Part shown: positions 27,502 to 35,169 of the stretch, one piece after another
Numbering within the stretch: the first letter of the stretch is position 1
Layout: every line of letters starts with the position of its first letter
Assembly: GCA_002778575.1 (NCBI GenBank)
Contig: PFBJ01000004.1
Coordinates: forward strand, 2,084-46,550
Origin: Candidatus Kaiserbacteria bacterium CG10_big_fil_rev_8_21_14_0_10_49_17
Lineage (GTDB): Bacteria; Patescibacteriota; Minisyncoccia; Phycocordibacterales; JABMNX01
DNA: 44,467 nt
Reading direction: 5' to 3'
The notes under the pieces: model-generated
What the model was told of the DNA's origin: nothing
Databases searched by the model: none
Seen by the model: the letters and a program-made list of their open reading frames with translations, nothing else
Made by a program: the position numbers and the translations under genes

Positions 27502-30500
27502 CTAGTGTTCAAGTTCGTCCTCAGCACGCTCCAGCCGCACATCAAGTGCGAGACCTCGGAGGTGTTTTAGAAGAACATTAAATGATGCCGGGGTGTGCGG
27601 GTGGCTTATGCGCTCGCCGCGAACAATTGAATCAAAGGCTGCGGAACGGCCGACGATATCATCTGATTTGATTGTGAGTACCTCTCGGAGGGTATACGCC
27701 ACGCCATAGCCAAGGAGTCCCCAGACTTCCATTTCCCCGAATCGCTGGCCGCCATTTTGCGCCTTACCACCGAGCGGCTGTTGAGTAATAAGCGAGTACG
27801 GACCGATTGAGCGCATGTGGATCTTATCTTCAACCATGTGGTGAAGTTTAAGGATATACATATACCCGACAGCGACATCCTGATCGAACTTCTCGCCAGT
27901 TCGCCCGTCGTAGAGTTTAACTTTTCCGTTTCGTGGGAATCCTGCTTTCTCTAGCTCGTCCTCGATCTCTTTCTCTGACGCACCGGCAAATGGAGGAACA
28001 ATAGCTTGGTAGCCAAGCGAATTAGCCGCAAGACCGAGGTGAAATTCAAGAATCTGTCCGAGGTTCATACGGCTCGGTACGCCAAGCGGAGTAAGGATAA
28101 GGTCGATTGGCTGTCCGTCTTCCGTATACGGCATGTCTTCCTCTGGGAGCACCTTTGAAATAACTCCTTTGTTTCCGTGGCGTCCCGCAAGCTTGTCCCC
28201 AACTGAGACATTTCGAAGCTGCGCAACTTCAATATGGATACGCTTAATAATGCCTGAGTCGAGCTGGTCGCCACTCTCACGAGAAAAGACCTTCACGCCA
28301 ACGACGCGTCCGCGCTTTCCGCCTTCCATACGCAGGCTGGTATCTTTTACATCTTTTGCTTTCTCGCCAAAAATAGAACGGAGGAGTCGCTCTTCAGGAG
28401 TCAGTTGCGTCTCGCCTTTCGGCGTTACCTTTCCGACGAGAATGTCGCCGGAGCGCACTTCAGCACCAATGCGGACAATACCGTCTTCATCAAGATTGCG
28501 GAGCTTCATTTCTCCGACATTTGGAATATCGTGCGTGGTTACCTCAGGGCCAAGTTTTGTGTCGCGAACAACGCACTCAAATTCTTCAATATGAATAGAA
28601 GTGAATTTACTGTCTTTCACAAGACGCTCAGATATAATGATGGCGTCTTCATAGTTTGCTCCTGACCACGACATAAATGCGACACGGACATTCTGCCCGA
28701 GCGCAACCTGACCGCGGTCACTTGATGAATTGTCAGCAAGGAGCTCCCCTCTCTTCACCTTTTGCCCCAGTGAGACGACTGGCCGGTGGTGAAATGCTGA
28801 CATGTCATTCGTTCGCGAAAATGAGTGGAGTGTGTACGTCTGCTCGCCGGATGCGCCGGCTACTACCACTTTACGGGCATCAACATACGTAACCTCTCCC
28901 GCTTCTTTTGCGTACACCAACCGCCCGGAGTCGCGCGCAACTGTCTCTTCAATGCCTGTTGCCACAAGCGGTGCTTCTGGCACGATACACGGCGTCGCTT
29001 GTTTCTGCATATTTGATCCCATCAATGCGCGGCTGGCGTCATCGTGATCAAGGAACGGAATCATTGAGGTTGCAATAGAAAATGCCTGATTACTAGCAAC
29101 ATCGATATAGTTAATATCGTTTTTATGCACCAGTCCTGGCTCTCCCTTTACGCGCGCTTCAACATACTCGTGTTCAATCACGCCACTCTCATCGCGCTTC
29201 ACCAGTGCGTGCGCTATTTTTACTCGCTCTTCTTCAAGTGCATTGAGATACTCAATCTCTCCTGTCATTTTTCCATCAACCACTTTTGCGTACGGCGTTT
29301 CTATGATGCCAAATTCATTAATGCGCGCGTGGACTGCGAGGTTAAGGATAAGACCGATGTTCGGGCCTTCCGGCGTATGAATCGGACAGAGACGTCCGTA
29401 GTGGCTCGGGTGCACATCGCGCACTTCAAACCCTGCACGTTCTCGCGTCAGTCCTCCCGGCCCGAGTGCCGAGAGTCGGCGGAGGTGCTCCACCTCAGCG
29501 AGAATATTCTGCTGGCTCATAAACTGCGAGAGCTGGTTGGTCGTGAAGAATTCTTTGATGGCGGCCTGGAACGGACGTGGATTAATAAATGAGATTGGCA
29601 GTGTCGTTTCGGCTTCAACAGTCGACATTCGGTCTTGGATGTTTCGCTTCATACGGCTCATGCCGACACGAATCTTCTGCTGAAGCATCTCGCCGACGTA
29701 GCGAACGCGGCGAAAGCCGAGATGATCGATATCATCCGGCTGTGCATTCGGCGTCGCGTTAAGCGTCATAATATTTCCGACTATCTTCACGAGGTCATCG
29801 AGGGAAATCGTGCGTCGCTCCAACTCCTTCTCATCAGTCGACATATCGAAGCGCATATTGAAGTGGCGGCGACCAACTCGAGAGAGATCATAGCGCTCTG
29901 TTGAGAAAATAGAATCAATGTACTCGCGCGCATTCTCAGCAGTCGCCAAGTCACCGTCGCGAAGTTTCTTGTGAATTTCTATATACGCTTCCTCGACGCT
30001 GGTTGCGGTATCCTTTTCAAGACACGTTTCAATTATTTCTTTCCCATTTGGAAAGCTCTTGAAAAGGTCAAACATGTCCTTATCAAACCGAGCTCCCAAA
30101 ATGCGGAGCAGTGACGTGACAGGGAACTTCCGCTTGCGGTCAATTCGTACATAGATACACCCGTCTGCCTCAGACTCAAGCTCAACCCACGCTCCGCGCA
30201 TCGGGATAATTTTGGCGCCAAAGTATGTCTTTCCTTTTTGCTCGTGTGTCGTAAAGAAAACGCCGAAAGAACGCGCGAGCTGCGGCACAATAACGCGCTC
30301 GACACCGTTAATGATGAACGTGCCGTGCTCGGTCATTTGCGGAAAATCGGCAAGGAAAATCTCCTGCTCTTTTACATCACCTGTCGTTTTATTTTTAAGA
30401 CGCGCCACAGTACGAAGCGGCGCTTCGTACGTAAGCATCATCTTCTTTGCGTAGTACTCGTCGTACTTTGGCGCCCCGAATTCAAAATTCGTAAATTCGA

Positions 30501-30678
30501 GATCAAATTTCTTTTCTGAATAGTCGCGAATAGGAGAAAATTCCTTGAAAATCTCCTTAATGCCGTCTTTCATCGCCCACGCGAAAGAATCCGTCTGCGC
30601 TTCAATAAAATTGGGCAGTGGCGTGAGGGCCTCTTGGTATCGGCCGAAATGTTTTTGTTCGAATTGTTTACTTGCCAT
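27502..30678 (-). CDS. rpoB: RNA polymerase beta subunit
   Basis: RRLSALGPGG, GDKLAGRHGNKG, KLHHMVEDK, GGQRFGEME; start set at MASKQF. Confidence 0.99.
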   Translation of the reverse strand: MASKQFEQKHFGRYQEALTPLPNFIEAQTDSFAWAMKDGIKEIFKEFSPIRDYSEKKFDLEFTNFEFGAPKYDEYYAKKMMLTYEAPLRTVARLKNKTTGDVKEQEIFLADFPQMTEHGTFIINGVERVIVPQLARSFGVFFTTHEQKGKTYFGAKIIPMRGAWVELESEADGCIYVRIDRKRKFPVTSLLRILGARFDKDMFDLFKSFPNGKEIIETCLEKDTATSVEEAYIEIHKKLRDGDLATAENAREYIDSIFSTERYDLSRVGRRHFNMRFDMSTDEKELERRTISLDDLVKIVGNIMTLNATPNAQPDDIDHLGFRRVRYVGEMLQQKIRVGMSRMKRNIQDRMSTVEAETTLPISFINPRPFQAAIKEFFTTNQLSQFMSQQNILAEVEHLRRLSALGPGGLTRERAGFEVRDVHPSHYGRLCPIHTPEGPNIGLILNLAVHARINEFGIIETPYAKVVDGKMTGEIEYLNALEEERVKIAHALVKRDESGVIEHEYVEARVKGEPGLVHKNDINYIDVASNQAFSIATSMIPFLDHDDASRALMGSNMQKQATPCIVPEAPLVATGIEETVARDSGRLVYAKEAGEVTYVDARKVVVAGASGEQTYTLHSFSRTNDMSAFHHRPVVSLGQKVKRGELLADNSSSDRGQVALGQNVRVAFMSWSGANYEDAIIISERLVKDSKFTSIHIEEFECVVRDTKLGPEVTTHDIPNVGEMKLRNLDEDGIVRIGAEVRSGDILVGKVTPKGETQLTPEERLLRSIFGEKAKDVKDTSLRMEGGKRGRVVGVKVFSRESGDQLDSGIIKRIHIEVAQLRNVSVGDKLAGRHGNKGVISKVLPEEDMPYTEDGQPIDLILTPLGVPSRMNLGQILEFHLGLAANSLGYQAIVPPFAGASEKEIEDELEKAGFPRNGKVKLYDGRTGEKFDQDVAVGYMYILKLHHMVEDKIHMRSIGPYSLITQQPLGGKAQNGGQRFGEMEVWGLLGYGVAYTLREVLTIKSDDIVGRSAAFDSIVRGERISHPHTPASFNVLLKHLRGLALDVRLERAEDELEH

Positions 30679-30698
30679 GTGGCGGGCAAAACACAGTG

Positions 30699-30726
30699 AC
30701 ACAACGAGAAAGCTTTCTCGTTGTGT
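30699..30726. repeat. 28-bp perfect palindrome in the rpoB leader
   Basis: ACACAACGAGAAAG|CTTTCTCGTTGTGT, 20 nt from the rpoB ATG. Confidence 0.85.
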
Positions 30727-30835
30727 GCAGGAGTAGCATTATTTTTATTAAAACAATCTGCTACTTCCCCCTAATAAGCTGTACGCAATAAAAAATTCAG
30801 AAGCCCCCAGTACTCATTCATTCAGATGTACGGAG

Positions 30836-30864
30836 AGTGTATATAATTGCTGTTTCCTTGTCAA
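30836..30864 (-). promoter_or_regulatory. rpoB promoter
   Basis: TTGACA-17 nt-TACACT on the minus strand. Confidence 0.75.
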
Positions 30865-30901
30865 GCCGACCCGTTGTGGACATATTACACCATACACAGT
30901 A

Positions 30902-30925
30902 GGGCCGCCGATTCCTCGGCGGCCC
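30902..30925. terminator. GC hairpin, probable terminator of the 60-aa ORF
   Basis: GGGCCGCCGA-ttcc-TCGGCGGCCC; weak U-tract. Confidence 0.45.
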
Positions 30926-30946
30926 CTTCCCTCGCATGATATGGCC

Positions 30947-31129
30947 TCAGTGGCCTTTGCCGGGGAAATCCATCACGTCGGTTTTCCCTTCGGCCGGTTT
31001 TTCGAGCCCTTGCGCCGCACTGTCGCGGTCGCTACGATCCTCCGAGTTCTGGTTCTGGCAGGATTCCGCCTTTTGGCGCTCCCGGTGCCGGAAATTCGTG
31101 AGAACCGAATTGTAGTTCGAGAGGCTCAT
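30947..31129 (-). CDS. Hypothetical hydrophilic 60-aa protein
   Basis: TTGACG-17-TATGGT promoter overlapping the trmD stop, G-rich SD, downstream hairpin. Confidence 0.5.
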   Translation of the reverse strand: MSLSNYNSVLTNFRHRERQKAESCQNQNSEDRSDRDSAAQGLEKPAEGKTDVMDFPGKGH

Positions 31130-31233
31130 ACTGCACCCCCTAGTGCATGTGGTCCGTACGTCCCTCGGACCTGTTAACAGAAATGCAGGGTTGTTACCCT
31201 ACAAAAATACCATACTCCTTGGCCGCGCACTCG

Positions 31234-31872
31234 TCAACGATTTTTTTTCCACTCCTCTATTTTTTTGTGGTCGCCGGAGAGAAGCACCTTCGGCACGCGG
31301 TACTTTTTCCCTTTCCACACAAACACTTCCGGACGAGTGTACACATCAGAGCTCGCCGTACGTTCGCCCTCAAGAGAATCATATGTACCAAGCACGCCCG
31401 GGATAAAGCGCGAAACAGCATCAATTAAAACTGCTGCCGGCAATTCGCCGCCGGTCAATACAAATGGGCCGATTGAAATCTCTGTTGCCTTTAAAATGCC
31501 ACGTACCCGTTCATCGACGCCCTCATAGTGCCCGCAAATACACACAATGTGCGTGTATTTTTGTGCGTACCTTTTTGCCATGTCAGTATCAAACTGCTTT
31601 CCGGCAGGGGTAAAGAACACGACGCATACGTCTTTCTTCCGTCCAATTGCCGCCTGTGCCGCCCTGAGCACCGCCTCAGCTTCAAGCACCATGCCGGGAC
31701 CTCCTCCGTATGGCTTTTGATCAACCCGCCTGTGAGCGTTTTTGGTGTAATCACGCGGATTATAAAAACTAATTTTAATTTTTTTATCCTTTTGCGCACG
31801 TCCAAGAATCGACGAATTGAGATACCCGTCAATGCTCTCTGGGAACAGTGTCACTATGTGAAAGTGAATCAT
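31234..31872 (-). CDS. trmD: tRNA (guanine37-N1)-methyltransferase
   Basis: VTLFPE, VDQKPYGGGPGMV, CGHYEGVDER, SIGPFVLTGGE, VPKVLLSGDH. Confidence 0.97.
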   Translation of the reverse strand: MIHFHIVTLFPESIDGYLNSSILGRAQKDKKIKISFYNPRDYTKNAHRRVDQKPYGGGPGMVLEAEAVLRAAQAAIGRKKDVCVVFFTPAGKQFDTDMAKRYAQKYTHIVCICGHYEGVDERVRGILKATEISIGPFVLTGGELPAAVLIDAVSRFIPGVLGTYDSLEGERTASSDVYTRPEVFVWKGKKYRVPKVLLSGDHKKIEEWKKNR

Positions 31873-31921
31873 ACTACTCAGGTTATTAGCTTTTCAGCTT
31901 TTAAGCCCAAAGGCAAGTCCG

Positions 31922-31954
31922 CAAAATGCCCGACCTATGAGGCCGGGCATTTTG
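31922..31954 (-). terminator. Terminator after khpA
   Basis: Minus strand CAAAATGCCCGGCCT-cat-AGGTCGGGCATTTTG. Confidence 0.7.
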
Positions 31955-31977
31955 TTGCTTAAAAGCTTGGAAGTTAA

Positions 31978-32298
31978 CTAGAGGTCGAGACCCTCCATGG
32001 CCTCATCAACGCTGCGCGTTACCTCGCTTGGCCGTTCTGCGGCTCCAGAGCCGCCGTCTGGCTCATTGATCTTGAGGTTCACTCGTGCGTCATTCTTCAT
32101 GCCAACGACGCGAAGAAGGGTTCGAATAGCCTTTGCGGTATTACCCGATCGGCCAATAATCTTGCCCATATCTTGCTGGTCGACTGTGAGTGTCAGGAGG
32201 ACTCCCATTTCATCCACAGTACGGTCAATGCTGACTTTCTCTGGATTATCTACGAGGCCCTTCACGACATACTCAAGAAATGCCTGATCCTGCTCCAT
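31978..32298 (-). CDS. khpA: KH-domain RNA-binding protein (KhpA/YlqC)
   Basis: LVDNPEKV, DMGKIIGRSGNTAKAIRTLL; downstream of rpsP. Confidence 0.92.
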   Translation of the reverse strand: MEQDQAFLEYVVKGLVDNPEKVSIDRTVDEMGVLLTLTVDQQDMGKIIGRSGNTAKAIRTLLRVVGMKNDARVNLKINEPDGGSGAAERPSEVTRSVDEAMEGLDL

Positions 32299-32409
32299 AA
32301 TAGTCGTACTGAATTTCTAATCGTCAAACTACAATCGGCGCCTGCCCTTGGCAGGTTCGACCCTATGGCCGTATGAAAACTTTCGCACAACTTAAACCGC
32401 AGGTCAATA

Positions 32410-32895
32410 TTATGCCTCTTTACTCTCTTCCTCTACCGGCGCGTCCTCTGCCTGTACCGAGGGATCAGCAGGCGCCTCTGGTGCGGTGTCTTCTGAAGCT
32501 GGGGCATCTTCAGAAGCTGTCTCCGGTGTTTCTGACACTGTTGCCTCACCCGATGCCGGAGCAGCTTCTGCTGTTTCGGTTTCTGCTCCCTGCGCCTGCC
32601 CTTCCTCTTTTTCTTGTACTATAGGGGATTTTTTTGGGAGCGGGTTTCGCTTAGCACCATCAACAACCTTTTCATTGACTAGAATATTGTGCACAGTATC
32701 CGATGTCTGCGCTCCCTGCCCGATCCAATATTTTGCGCGCTCGCCGTCAACGACTACTCTGTCCTCCTTTGGTGAGTATGAACCGAGGAGCTCAACGAAC
32801 TTGCCGCTCTTTGGCCCTTGCTTGGAATCAACAACGACGACCCGGTAGGAAGGGTCGTTTTTTCGTCCGACGCGCTGTAGGCGAATCTTCAACAT
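32410..32895 (-). CDS. rpsP: 30S ribosomal protein S16 with acidic C-terminal extension
   Basis: MLKIRLQRVGRKNDPSYRVVV, GKFVELLGSY, GAQTSDTV. Confidence 0.97.
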   Translation of the reverse strand: MLKIRLQRVGRKNDPSYRVVVVDSKQGPKSGKFVELLGSYSPKEDRVVVDGERAKYWIGQGAQTSDTVHNILVNEKVVDGAKRNPLPKKSPIVQEKEEGQAQGAETETAEAAPASGEATVSETPETASEDAPASEDTAPEAPADPSVQAEDAPVEEESKEA

Positions 32896-33005
32896 CCCAG
32901 TAGTAAATTCTTTACATTAGTTACGTTAATTCTTTTTCTTTGCGTGCCACACTGCCCGTTATACCTTCTTCTATATATGTAATCAAAAAATTACTACGGG
33001 ACAGG
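32896..33005. mobile_element. Putative 110-bp MITE/REPIN-like insertion (CCCAGTA...CTACGGGACAGG)
   Basis: Imperfect terminal inverted repeat CCCAGTAGTAA / TTACTACGGG; AT-rich core; abuts the rpsP ATG; shares termini with 40537-40580. Confidence 0.55.
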
Positions 33006-33015
33006 TGTGGTGGCA

Positions 33016-33044
33016 AATCTACCAGAACTCTGGCAAAAGGTCAA
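33016..33044 (-). promoter_or_regulatory. rpsP promoter
   Basis: TTGACC-17 nt-TAGATT with extended TG. Confidence 0.65.
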
Positions 33045-33230
33045 CAAATGGGGAGGCCGCGTCCAGTGGGCGCGGCCTATGAGGCATAAGAGACCACAGT
33101 CTCCGTAAAATATCCCTCCGCAAACACCATCCAATTAAAGAGCGCGATGCTCTGGGCATCTCACCATGAGAGTACCCGCCTAAAAAAATAACACAGTAAA
33201 ATCCTACCGTAAATGCTATACTGTGCCGCA

Positions 33231-35138
33231 ATGACCAATGAGTTTGAAGGAATAATAAGCGTCACCGCGCGTGGCACCGGCTATGTGCCCTTTGAGGGGC
33301 ACGAACAAGATATAGAGATTGCGACAGAGAACCTTAATACAGCACTCAATAAAGATTTGGTGTCGGTCCGTCTCTTGCCGCAAAAAAAGAACGGGAGGGT
33401 GCAGGGCGAGGTAACTGCCATCCTCTCTCGCTCAAAAGACGCATTTGTGGGAGTCCTCGAAAAGCGTAAAGAGGGCTACTTCCTTTCCGCGGATGACAAC
33501 CGTATGTATGCGGATATTCATATCGCCGACATCGACGGCGCGAAAGAAGGCGACAAACTCTATGTCCGCATTACTTCATGGGAGACACAAGACGCATACC
33601 CTGAAGGTGAAATTCTCCGAGTCATTGGACGGCATGGCGAACACAATGTCGAAATGGAGGCTATCGTTCTCGAGCACAACTTTGACACTCGCTTTCCAGA
33701 ATCCGTGACACAAGAAGCAGAGGCGCTTGCAAAAAAGCGCGCCATTACTAAAGACGATATAGAAAGCCGAAGGGATTTTCGAGACACACTGACCCTAACC
33801 ATTGATCCGGTAGATGCGAAAGATTTTGACGACGCGCTCTCTTTCAAACAATTAGATAACGGAAACATCGAGGTCGGCATCCATATCGCTGACGTTACCC
33901 ACTACGTAGAGCCGGGTAGTGCTATCGACGAAGAGGCACAGCGTCGTGGCACTTCAATTTACCTTGTTGACCGCACCATTCCCATGCTGCCTGAAATTCT
34001 TAGTAACGATATATGCTCCCTCCGTGAGGGCGAAGACCGTCTCGCATTTGCGGCAGTCTTCACCTTCAACGAAAAGCATGAAGTGGTAACCCGGTGGTTT
34101 GGGCGCACGGTGATTCACTCGAATAAGCGCTTCTCATACGAAGAGGCACAGAGCGTGCTTAACACGAACGAAGGGCCGTACGCACACGAACTCAAGACAC
34201 TAAACACAATTGCCTATGCGCTTCGTGAAAAACGGCGGCGGGAAGGCTCAATTGGATTTGAGCAGGACGAGGTGAAATTTACCCTCGATGAGAAAGGAAA
34301 TCCGACCGGCGTCTACGTAAAAGAACGCACCAATACAAACCTTCTTATTGAGGATTTTATGCTCCTTGCAAATAAAGCAGTGGCCGAGTACATACACGAA
34401 CTCGGGAAGGGTAAAAAAGAACTTCTCTTTATCTACCGAATCCATGATGTTCCGAAGGAGGAGAAAATCGACGAACTCGGCGTTTTTGTACGCGCTATGG
34501 GCTATGACTTCGAAACAAAGAAAGGCAGCGTCACGCCTGAAGCAATTAACAGTCTTTTAAAACAGATTGAAGGCGCTCCCGAGGAGAAACTTATTCAGCT
34601 TGCTACCATTCGCTCTATGGCAAAGGCGGTGTACTCAACGAAGAACATCGGACACTTTTCCCTCTCCTTCAAGCACTACACGCACTTCACCTCGCCTATT
34701 CGCCGGTACCCAGATATTATGGTACATCGCATTCTCTGGAGTCACCTCGACGGCTCGCCAATACCGCAGGACGAGTTGCGCCGCTACCAGCGCCTTGCTA
34801 TTGAAAGCTCACAACGCGAGATAGAGGCTGTTGAAGCAGAACGCGACAGCACGAAGTACATGCAGGTAAAGTTCATGCTTGGAAAAATTGGGCAGGAATT
34901 TGACGCGACAATTTCAGGGCTAACCGACTTTGGTATGTTTGTTGAGGAAAATGAAAGCAAAGCAGAAGGGCTCATCCGCTTTGCCGATATGGATGACTAC
35001 TACACGCTGAAAGACGGCGGCTATGTCATCTCGGGCGAAAAGAAAGGGAAAGAGTTCACCCTCGGGGATAGCGTGCGAGTAAAACTCATCGCCGCAGATC
35101 TCGAAAGCAAGCGCCTCTCATTTGCACTTCTGAAATAA
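33231..35138 (+). CDS. rnr: Ribonuclease R
   Basis: TIDPVDAKDFDDALS, HIADV, YTHFTSPIRRYPD, C-terminal S1 domain. Confidence 0.95.
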   Translation: MTNEFEGIISVTARGTGYVPFEGHEQDIEIATENLNTALNKDLVSVRLLPQKKNGRVQGEVTAILSRSKDAFVGVLEKRKEGYFLSADDNRMYADIHIADIDGAKEGDKLYVRITSWETQDAYPEGEILRVIGRHGEHNVEMEAIVLEHNFDTRFPESVTQEAEALAKKRAITKDDIESRRDFRDTLTLTIDPVDAKDFDDALSFKQLDNGNIEVGIHIADVTHYVEPGSAIDEEAQRRGTSIYLVDRTIPMLPEILSNDICSLREGEDRLAFAAVFTFNEKHEVVTRWFGRTVIHSNKRFSYEEAQSVLNTNEGPYAHELKTLNTIAYALREKRRREGSIGFEQDEVKFTLDEKGNPTGVYVKERTNTNLLIEDFMLLANKAVAEYIHELGKGKKELLFIYRIHDVPKEEKIDELGVFVRAMGYDFETKKGSVTPEAINSLLKQIEGAPEEKLIQLATIRSMAKAVYSTKNIGHFSLSFKHYTHFTSPIRRYPDIMVHRILWSHLDGSPIPQDELRRYQRLAIESSQREIEAVEAERDSTKYMQVKFMLGKIGQEFDATISGLTDFGMFVEENESKAEGLIRFADMDDYYTLKDGGYVISGEKKGKEFTLGDSVRVKLIAADLESKRLSFALLK

Positions 35139-35169
35139 TCAACTCACACGGGGTGTGAGTTGATTATTT
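35133..35169. repeat. 17-bp perfect inverted repeat spanning the rnr and smc stop codons (REP-like copy 2 / bidirectional terminator)
   Basis: AAATAATCAACTCACAC-ggg-GTGTGAGTTGATTATTT. Confidence 0.85.

Noticed and set aside
32341-32370. tRNA (GGTTCGACCC resembles a T-loop)
   Set aside because: No acceptor, D or anticodon arms could be built around it.
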